Source of the DNA: Squalus acanthias
Lineage: Eukaryota
DNA length: 64,000 nucleotides
NCBI GenBank assembly: GCA_030390025.1
Contig: JASTWF010000349.1
Coordinates: 310,001 to 374,000 of the forward strand
Direction: 5' to 3'
Each line of letters begins with the position of its first letter. Position 1 is the stretch's first letter. The notes beneath the pieces are model-generated. The model saw nothing but the letters and a program-made list of their open reading frames with translations. It had not been told where the DNA came from and did no database searches. Below are positions 39,301 to 48,800 of this stretch, one piece after another. Position numbers and translations under genes: made by a program.

Positions 39301-42300
39301 AACCTCAGTCCCTCTCCCCTCATTCACCCTCAGTCCCTCTCCGCTCATTTACCCTCAGTCCCTCTCCACTCATTCACTCTCAGACCCTCTCCCCTCATTC
39401 ACCCTCAGTTCCTCTCCATTGTGCTATCCAGCAGATTTGATGTGCAGGTCTCTCCAGGCTGAGATTCAAGGCTGCAATAAGCAGGATGTGGATGGAAAGC
39501 AAGCTCAACCCTCCCCTTTAAGAACTGGCCGGCGCCATTGTGTCTGTGTTCCATTGCTGACAGACATCACATGAGCTTCGCCAGCGCTCTGAGTTAGCGC
39601 CTCGCTCCTCGGCCTTTGCGCCTTAAGACAGATGTGTAGCGCCCGATTTAGCGCTCCAATCACCTCCAGGGGCGACAAAAGTCAAGTTTGCAGTCGGAGG
39701 TGATAATTAGCGCCAGGCGCTAATCTTTGCGCCCGACCAATAATTGCGCCCCAAATGGGGCGATACTGAATTTTACCCCCATTGACTCTATTTACCTTCA
39801 GTGCCTCTCCCTTCGTTTACCCTCAGTCCCTCTGCCCTCATTTACCCTCAGTCCCTCTCCCCTCATTCACCCTCAGTCCCTCTCCCCTCATTTACCCTCA
39901 GTCCCTCTCCCCTCATTTACCTCAGTCCCTCTCCCCTCATTTACCCTCAGTCCCTCTCCCGTCATTTACCTCAGTCCCTCTCCCCTCATTTACCCTGCCC
40001 CTCTCCCCTCATTAACCTCAGTCCCTCTCCCCTCATTTACCTCAGTCCCTCTCCCCTCATTTACCCTCAGTCCCTCTCCCCTCATTTACCCTCAGTCCCT
40101 CTACCCTCATTTACCCTCAGTCCCTCTCCCCTCATTTACCCTCAGTCTCTATCCCCTCATTTTCCCTCAGTCTCTATCCCCTCATTCACCCTCAGTCCCT
40201 CTCCCCTCATTTACCCTCAGTCTCTATCCCCTCATTCACCCTCAGTCTCTCTCCCCTCATTCACCCTCAGTCCCTCTCCCCTCATTCACCCTCAGTTCCT
40301 CTCCCCTCATTCACCCTCAGTCCCTCTCCGCTCATTTACTCTCAATCCCTCTCCCCTCATTTACCCACAGTCCCTCTCCCATTTACCCCAGTCCCTCTCC
40401 CCTCATTAACCTCTGTCCCTCTCCCCTCATTTACCTCTGTCCCTCACCCTCCATTTACCTCAGTCCCTCGCCCCTCATTTACCCTCAGTCCCTCTCCCAT
40501 TTAGCTCATTCCCGCTCCCCTCATTAACGTCAGTCCCTCTCCCCTCATTCACCCTCAATTCCTCTCCATTGTGCTATCCAGCAGATTTGATGTGCAGGTC
40601 TCTCCAGGCTGAGATTCAAGGCTGAAATAAGCAGGATTTGGATGGAAAGCAAGCTCAACCCTCCCCTTTAAGAACTGGCCGGCGCCATTGTGTCTGTATT
40701 CCATTGCTGACAGACATCACATGAGCTTCGCCAGTGCTCTGAGTTAGCGCCTCGCTCCTCGGCCTTTGCGCCTTAAGACAGATGTGTAGCGCCCGATTTA
40801 GCGCTCCAATCACCTCCAGGGGCGACAAAAGTCAAGTTTGCAGTCGGAGGTGATAATTAGCGCCAGGCACTAATCTTTGCGCCCGGCCAATAATTGCGCC
40901 CCAAATGGGGCGATACTGAATTTTACCCCCATTGACTCTATTTACCTTCAGTGCCTCTCCCCTCATTTACCCTCAGTCCCTCTGCCCTCATTTACCCTCA
41001 GTCCCTCTCCCCTCATTCACCCTCAGTCCCTCTCCCCTCATTTACCCTCAGTCCCTCTCCCCTCATTTACCTCAGTCCCTCTCCATTCATTTACCCTCAG
41101 TCCCTCTCCCGTCATTTACCTCAGTCCCTCTCCCCTCATTTACCCTGCCCCTCTCCCCTCATTAACCTCAGTCCCTCTCCCCTCATTTACCTCAGTCCCT
41201 CTCCCCTCATTTACCCTCAGTCCCTCTCCCCTCATTTACCCTCAGTCCCTCTACCCTCATTTACCCTCAGTCCCTCTCCCCTCATTTACCCTCAGTCTCT
41301 ATCCCCTCATTTTCCCTCAGTCTCTATCCCCTCATTCACCCTCAGTCCCTCTCCCCTCATTTACCCTCAGTCTCTATCCCCTCATTTTCCCTCTGTCTCT
41401 ATCCCCTCATTCACCCTCAGTCTCTCTCCCCTCATTCACCCTCAGTCCCTCTCCCCTCATTTACCCTCAGTCCCTCTCCCCTCATTTACCATCAGTCCCT
41501 CTCCCCTCATTTACCCTCAGTCCCTCTCCCCTCATTTACCCTCAGTCCCTCTCCCCTCATTTCCTCAGTCCCTCTCCCCTCATTAACCTCAGTCCCTCTC
41601 CCCTCATTAACCTCAGTCCCTCTGCCCTCATTCACCCTCTGTCCCTCTCCCCTCATTCACCCTCTGTCCCTCTCCCCTCATTCACCCTCAGTCCCTCTCC
41701 CCTCATTTACCCTCAGTCTCTATCCCCTCATTCACCCTCAGTCTCTCTCCCCTCATTCACTCTCCGTCTCTCTCCCCTCATTTACCTCAGTTCCTCTCCC
41801 CTCATTCACCCTCAGTCCATCTCCCCTCATTTACCCTCAGTCTCTATCCCCTCATTCACCCTCAGTCTCTCTCCCCTCATTCACTCTCAGTCTCTCTCCC
41901 CTCATTTACCTCAGTTCCTCTCCCCTCATTCACTCTCAGTCCCTCTCCGCTCATTTACTCTCAGTCCCTCGCCCCTCATTTACCCACAGTCCCTCTCCCA
42001 TTTACCTCAGTCCCTCTCCCCTCATGAACCTCAGTCCCTCTCCCCTCATTTACCTCTGTCCCTCTCCCTCCATTTACCTCAGTCCCTCTCCCCTCATTTA
42101 CCCTCAGTCCCTCTCACATTTACCTCATTCCCGCTCCCCTCATTAACGTCAGTCCCTCTCCCCTCATTTACCTCAGTCCATCTCCCCTCATTTACCTCGG
42201 TCCCTCTCCCCTCATTCACCCTCAGTCCCTCATTTACCCTCAGTCCCTCTCCCCTCATTCACCCTCTGTCCCTCTCCCCTCATTCACCCTCTGTCCCTCT

Positions 42301-42847
42301 CCCCTCATTTACCCTCAGTCTCTCTCCCCTCATTAACCTCAGTTCCTCTCCCCTCATTAACCTCAGTCCCTCTCCCCTCCTTCACCCTCAGTCCCTCTCC
42401 GCTCATTTACCCTCAGTCCCTCTCCACTCATTCACTCTCAGACCCTCTCCCCTCATTCACCCTCAGTTCCTCTCCATTGTGCTTTCCAGCAGATTTGATG
42501 TGCAGGTCTCTCCAGGCTGAGATTCAAGGCTGCAATAAGCAGGATGTGGATGGAAAGCAAGCTCAACCCTCCCCATTAAGAACTGGCCGGCGCCATTGTG
42601 TCTGTGTTCCATTGCTGACAGACATCACATGAGCTTCGCCAGCGCTCTGAGTTAGCGCCTCGCTCCTCGGCCTTTGCGCCTTAAGACAGATGTGTAGCGC
42701 CCGATTTAGCGCTCCAATCACCTCCAGGGGCGACAAAAGTCAAGTTTGCAGTCGGAGGTGATAATTAGCGCCAGGCGCTAATCTTTGCGCCCGGCCAATA
42801 ATAGCGCCCCAAATGGGGCGCTACTGAATTTTACCCCCATTGACTCT
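3399..42847. repeat. Macrosatellite: 26 same-orientation copies of a ~372-bp non-repetitive core separated by variable minisatellite spacers (period 1.0-1.9 kb; first interval 4.0 kb)
   Basis: Cores (ATTGTGCT...TTTTACCCCCATTGACTCT) start at about 3399, 7389, 8858, 10104, 11752, 12775, 14252, 15599, 17364, 18873, 20374, 21671, 23536, 24835, 25915, 27357, 28834, 30181, 31964, 33597, 35098, 36297, 37720, 39418, 40568 and 42476. Each is marked by an MRP(A/T)NN pseudo-ORF start in the track. Confidence 0.95.
14252..14623. mobile_element. Representative core (copy 7): probable single end of a non-autonomous DNA transposon (PIF/Harbinger-like), tentative
   Basis: The right end reads GGGGGTAAAATTCAG on the minus strand (terminus-like). 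It is followed by clustered (T/A)GCGCC motifs and inverted repeats, as in subterminal binding arrays. No matching second TIR and no transposase; the family assignment is inference. Confidence 0.4.
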
Positions 42848-44912
42848 ATTTACCTTCAGTGCCTCTCCCCTCGTTTACCCTCAGTCCCTCTGCCCTCATT
42901 TACCCTCAGTCCCTCTCCCCTCATTCACCCTCAGTCCCTCTCCCCTCATTTACCCTCAGTCCCTCTTCCCTCATTTACCTCAGTTCCTCTCCCCTCATTT
43001 ACCCTCAGTCCCTCTCCCGTCATTTACCTCAGTCCCTCTCCCCTCATTTACCCTGCCCCTCTCCCCTCATTAACCTCAGTCCCACTCCCCTCAGTTACCT
43101 CAGTCCCTCTCCCCTCATTTACCCTCAGTCCCTCTCCCCTCATTCACCCTCAGTCCCTCTGCCCTCATTTACCCTCAGGCCCTCTCCCCTCATTAACCTC
43201 AGTCCCTCTCCCCTCATTAACCTCAGTCCCTCTCCCCTCATTCACCCTCAGTCCCTCTCCCCTCATTTACCCTCAGTCTCTATCCCCTCATTCACCCTCA
43301 GTCTCTCTCCCCTCATTCACTCTCAGTCTCTCTCCCCTCATTTACCTCAGTTCCTCTCCCCTCATTTACCTCAGTTCCTCTCCCCTCATTCACTCTCAGT
43401 CCTACTCCCCTCATTCACCCTCAGTCCCTCTCCCCTCTTTCACCCTCAGTTCCTCTCCCCTCATTCACCCTCAGTCCCTCTCCGCTCATTTACTCTCAGT
43501 CCCTCTCCCCTCATTTACCCACAGTCCCTCTCCCATTTACCTCAGTCCCTCTCCCCTCATTAACCTCAGTCCCTCTCCCCTCATTTACCTCTGTCCCTCT
43601 CCCTCCATTTACCTCAGTCCCTCTCCCCTCATTTACCCTCAGTCCCTCTCCCATTTACCTCATTCCCGCTCCCCTCATTAACGTCAGACCCTCTCCCCTC
43701 ATTCACCCTCAGTCTCTCTCCCCTCATTCACTCTCAGTCCCTCTCCCCTCATTTACCTCAGTTCCTCTCCCCTCATTCACTCTCAGTCCCTCTCCCCTCA
43801 TTCACCCTCAGTTCCTCTCCCCTCATTCACCCTCAGTCCCTCTCCACTCATTTACTCTCAGTCCCTCTCCCCTCATTCACCCTCAGTCCCTCTCCCATTT
43901 ACCTCAGTCCCTCTCCCCTCATTAACCTCAGTCCCTCTCCCCTCATTTACCTCAGTCCCTCTCCCCTCATTTACCTCAGTCCCTCTCCCCTCATTCACCC
44001 TCAGTCTCTCTCCCCTCATTAACCTGTCCCTCTCCCCTCATTTACCTCAGTCCCTCTCCCCTCATTCACCCTCAGTCTCTTTCCCCTCATTCACCCTCAG
44101 TCCCTCATTCACCCTCAGTCCCTCTCCCCTCATTCACCCTCTGTCCCTCTCCCCTCATTCACCCTCTGTCCCTCTCCCCTCATTTACCCTCAGTCCCTCT
44201 ACCCTCATTCACCCTCTGTCCCTCTCCCCTCATTCACCCTCTGTCCCTCTCCCCTCATTTTCCCTCTGTCCCTCTCCCCTCATTAACCCTCTGCCCCTCT
44301 CCCCTCATTTACCCTCAATCCCTCTCCCCTCATTCACCCTCAGTCCCTCTCCGCTCATTTACTCTCAGTCTCTCTCCCCTCATTCACCCTCAGTCCCTCT
44401 CCCCTCATTCACCCTCAGTCCCTCTCTGCTCATTTACCCTCAGTCCCTCTCCCCTCAATTACCCTCAGTCTCTCTCCCCTCATTTACCCTCAGCCCCTCT
44501 CCCCTCATTAACCTCAGTCCCTCTCCCCTCATTTACCCTCAGTCTCTCTCCCTTCATTTACCCTCAGTCCCTCTCCCCTCATTAACCTCAGTCTATCTCC
44601 CCTCATTTACCCTCAGTCCCTCTCCCCTCATTATCCTCAGTCTCTCTCCCCTCATTTACCCTCAGTCCCTCTCCCCTCATTAACCTCAGTCCCTCTCCCC
44701 TCATTCACCCTCAGTTCCTCTCCCCTCATTCACCCTCAGTCCCTCTCCGCTCATTTACCCTCAGTCCCTCTCACCTCATTTACCCTCAGTCCCTCTCCGC
44801 TCATTTACCCAGTCCCTCTCCCCTCATTCACTCTCAGTCCCTCTCCCCTCATTAAACTCAGTTCCTCTCCCCTCATTCACCCTCAGTCCCTCTCCACTCA
44901 TTTACCCTCAGA

Positions 44913-45112
44913 NNNNNNNNNNNNNNNNNNNNNNNNNNNNNNNNNNNNNNNNNNNNNNNNNNNNNNNNNNNNNNNNNNNNNNNNNNNNNNNNNNNNNNNN
45001 NNNNNNNNNNNNNNNNNNNNNNNNNNNNNNNNNNNNNNNNNNNNNNNNNNNNNNNNNNNNNNNNNNNNNNNNNNNNNNNNNNNNNNNNNNNNNNNNNNNN
45101 NNNNNNNNNNNN
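44913..45112. other. Assembly gap (200 N)
   Basis: Exactly 200 N; a round number typical of a fixed-size scaffold join. Confidence 0.98.
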
Positions 45113-45540
45113 GGGGGAGAGGGCAGGGGGAGGGGGGGAGAGGGCTGAGGGAGGGAGGCGGGGAAGTGGGGCGAGGGAGGCGGAGGGAGTGGGGGGGCGC
45201 GGGAGAGTTGGGGGCGAGGGCCCGTGGGGAGGTGGAGTGAGGGGCGGGGGGGCGAGGGCCCGTGGGGAGCTGGAGTGAGGGGCGAGGGCCCGTGGGGAGC
45301 TGGAGTGAGGGGCGGGGGGCGAGGGCCCGTGGGGAGCTGGAGTGAGGGGCGAGGGCCCGTGGGGAGCTGGAGTGAGGGGCGGGGGGCGAGGGCCCGTGCG
45401 GAGCTGGAGCGGGGGGCGAGGGCCCGTGGGGAGGTAGAGTGGGGGGCGAGGGCGTGAGGGGCAGGGGGAGGGCCCGTGGGGCAGGAGAGTGAGGGTCCGG
45501 TGGGGGGGAGGGGTGAGGGTCCGGGGGCGGGCGGAGGAGT
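45113..45540 (+). repeat. G-rich ~30-38-bp tandem repeat (GGGGCGAGGGCCCGTGGGGAGCTGGAGTGA) with degenerate G-rich flanks
   Basis: About 8 GAGGGCCCGTG units at 45217-45480; multiple G3-G7 tracts. Confidence 0.85.
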
Positions 45541-45554
45541 GAGACAGACAGTCA

Positions 45555-45843
45555 GAGAAAGAACTGATTGAAGTGCAGTCACTGTTGTAATGTTGGAAAC
45601 GCGGAGCCAATTTGCACACACCAAACTCCCACAAACCACGATGAGATAATTTACCAGATAATCTGTTTTGGTGATGTTGTTGAGGGATAAATATTAGCCC
45701 CAGGACACCGGGGAAACTCCCCTGTTCAACCAGTAGTGCACTGGGATGTTTTACATCCACCTGGAAGCACAGACGGGGCCTCGGTTTTAATGTCTCATCG
45801 GTAAGACGGCACCTCCGACAGTGCAGCGCTCCCTCAGTACTGC
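45555..45843 (-). mobile_element. Deu-domain SINE, 3' portion (body; ~60 bp of the tail deleted)
   Basis: Colinear with the intact copy at 58462-58931 (TGAAGTG-AGTCACTGTTGTAATGT-GGAAACGCGG...CAGACGGGGCCTCGG...AATGTCTCATC...GGCACCTCC). It runs directly into the 33-bp array. Confidence 0.88.
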
Positions 45844-48800
45844 CCCTCCGACAGTGCAGCGCTCCCTCAGTACTGCCCCTCCGACAGTGCAGCGCTCCCT
45901 CAGTACTGCCCCTCCGACAGTGCAGCGGAGGCTTCCTCCATACTGCCCATTCGACAGTGCAGCGCTCCCTCAGTATGGCCCTTCCGACAGTGCGTCACGC
46001 CCTCAGTACGGCCCCCCCGACAGTGCAACGCTCCCTCAGTACTGCCACTCCGACAGTGAAGCGCTCCCTCAGTACTGCCCCTCCGACAGTGAAGCGCTCC
46101 CTCAGTACTGCCCCTCCGACAGTGCAGCACTCCCTCAGTACTGCCCCTCCGACAGTGCAGCACTCCCCCTCCGACAGTGCTGCCCTCCGACAGGCTAGCG
46201 GAGGCTCTCTCCCACTGCCCCTCCGACAGTGCAGCACACCGTCAGTACTGCCCATTGGACAGTGCAGCACTCCCTCAGTGCTGCCCTCCAACAGGGCAGC
46301 GGAGGCTTCCTCCGTACTGGCCCTCCGACAGTGCAACACACTGGCAGTACTGCCCATTCGACAGTGCGACGCCCCTTCAGTACTGCCCCTCCGACGGTGC
46401 AGCGCTCCCCCGGTACTGCCTCACCGACAGTGCAGCGCTCCCCCGGTACTGCCTCACCGACAGTGCAGCGCTCCCTCAGTACTGTCCCTCTGACAGTGCA
46501 ATGCTCCCTCAGTACTGCCCCTCTGACAGTGCAGCGCTCCATCAGTACTGTCCCTCCGACGGTGCAATGGTCCCTCAGTACTGTCCCTCCTACAGTGCAG
46601 CGCTCCCTCAGTACTGTCCCTCCTACTGTGCAGCGCTCCCTCAGTACTGTCCCTCCTACTGTGCAGCGCTCCCTCAGTACTGTCCCTCCGACAGTGCAGC
46701 GCTCCCTCAGTTCTGCCCTTCTGACAGTGCAGCACCCTCTCAGCGATCGTGCAGCGCTCTCTCAGTACTGCCCCTCCGACAGTGCAGCGCTCCCTCAGTA
46801 CTGCCCCTCCGACAGTGTAGCCCACCTCAGTACTGCCCCTCTGACAGTGCAGCGTTCCCTCCGTACTGCCCCTCTGACAGTGCAGCGTTCCCTCCGTACT
46901 GCCCCTCTGACAGGGCAGCGGTTCCCTCCGTACAGCACCTCCGACAGTGCGACACTCCCTCAGTACGGCCCCTCCGACAGTGCGGCACTCCCTCAGTGCG
47001 GCACTCCCTCAGTGCGGCACTCCCTCAGTACGGCCCCTCCGACAGTGCAGCGCACCCCCGGTACTGCCTCACCGACAGTGCAGCGCTCCCTCAGTACTGT
47101 CCCTCCGACAGTGCAATGCTCCCTCAATACTGCCCCTCCTACAGTGCAGCGCTCCCTCAGTAATGTCCCGCCGACAGTGCAGCACTCCTTCAGTTCTGCC
47201 CTTCCGACAGGGCAGCACCCCCTCACCGACAGTACAGCACTCCCTCAGTACTGCCCCCCGACAGTGCAGCGCTCCCTCAGTACTGCCCCTCTGACAGTGC
47301 AGCGCTCCCTCAGCACTGCCCCTCTGACAGTGCAGCACTCCCTCAGTACTGCCCCCCGACAGTGCAGCGCTCCCTCAGTACTGCCCCTCTGACAGTGCAG
47401 CGCTCCCTCAGTACTGCCCCTCTGACAGTGCAGCGATCCCTCAGTACTGTCCCTCCGACAGTGCAGCACTCCTTCAGTTCTGCCCTTCCGACAGTGCAGC
47501 ACCCTCTCAGCGACAGTGCTGCACTCTCTCAGTACTGCCCCTCCGACAGTGCAGCGCTCCCTCAGCACTGCCCCTCTGACAGTGCAGCGCTCCCTCAGTA
47601 CTGCCCCTCTGACAGTGCAGCGCTCCCTCAGTACTGCCCCTCTGACAGTGCAGCGATCCCTCAGTACTGCCCCTCCGACAGTGCAGCGCTCCCTCAGTAG
47701 CGCCCCTACGACAGTGCAGCACTCCCTCAGTAATGTCCCGCCGACAGTGCAGCACTCCTTCAATTCTGCCCTTCCGACAGGGCAGCACCCCCTCACCGAC
47801 AGTGCAGCACTCCCTCAGTACTGCCTCTCTGACAGTGCAGCGATCCCTCAGTACTGCCCCTCCGACAGTGCAGTGCTCCCTCAGTACTGCCCATCTGACA
47901 GTGCAGTGCTCCCTCAGTACTGCCTCTCTGACACTGCAGCGCTCCCTCAGTACTGCCCCTCTGACAGTGCAGCGCTCCCTCAGTACTGCCCCTCTGACAG
48001 TGCAGCGCTCCCTCAGTACTGCCCCTCTGACAGTGCAGCACTCCCTCAGTACTGTCCCTCTGACAGTGCAGCGCTCCCTCAGTAGTGCCCATCCGACAGT
48101 GCAGCGCTCCCTCAGTACTGCCTCTCTGACACTGCAGCGCTCCCTCTGACAGTGCAGCGCTCCCTCAGTACTGCCCCTTTGACAGTGCAGAGCTCCCTCA
48201 GTACTGCCCCTCTGACAGTGCAGCACTCCCTCAGTACTGCCCCTCTGACAGTGCAGCACTCCCTCAGTACTGTCCCTCCTACAGTGCAGCGCTCCCTCAG
48301 TACTGTCCCTCCGACAGTGCAGCACTCCTTCAGTTCTGCCCTTCCGACAGTGCAGCACCCTCTCAGCGACAGTGCTGCACTCTCTCAGTACTGCCCCTCC
48401 GACAGTGCAGCACTCTCTCAGTACTGCCCCCCTGACAGTGCAGTGCTACCCCGGTACTGCCTCTCTGACAGTGCAGCACTCCCTCAGTGCTGACCCCCGA
48501 CAGTGCAGCACTCCCTCAGTGCTGACCCCCGACAGTGCAGCACTCCCTCAGTGCTGACCCCCGACAGTGCAGCACTCCCACAGTACTGCCCACCTGACAG
48601 TGCAGTGCTACCCCGGTACTGCCTCTCTGACAGTGCAGCACTCCCTCAGTACTGCCCCTCTGACAGTGCAGCGCTCCCTCAGTACTGCCCCTCTGACAGT
48701 GCAGCGCTCCCTCGATACTGCCCCTCTGACAGTGCAGCGCTCCCTCAGTACTGCCCCTCTGACAGTGCAGCGCTCCGTCAGTACTCCCCTCTGACAGTGC

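Larger units (their letters stand above)
1..44912. repeat. Pyrimidine-rich 24/25-bp minisatellite, consensus TCATT(T/C)ACCCTCAGTCCCTCTCCCC (25 bp) with a 24-bp variant TCATT(T/A)ACCTCAGTCCCTCTCCCC; open at the left edge and at the gap
   Basis: Direct reading. Translations cycle every 25 aa (3x25 nt) or 8 aa (SVPLPSFT, 24 nt). Many variant units are interspersed. Confidence 0.97.

Noticed and set aside
3708..43681. Dozens of Pro/Ser/Leu-rich ORFs (MRPANNCAPNG..., up to 547 aa)
   Set aside because: They start at non-ATG codons and are translations of a stop-poor 24/25-bp repeat. Frames and lengths vary at random among copies.
1..44912. True telomeric or interstitial (TTAGGG)n array
   Set aside because: No tandem CCCTAA; only CCCTCA embedded in a 24/25-bp unit.
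44873..45760. Minus-strand Pro-rich ORFs spanning 44.9-45.7 kb
   Set aside because: They read through 200 N, a G-rich repeat and SINE sequence.
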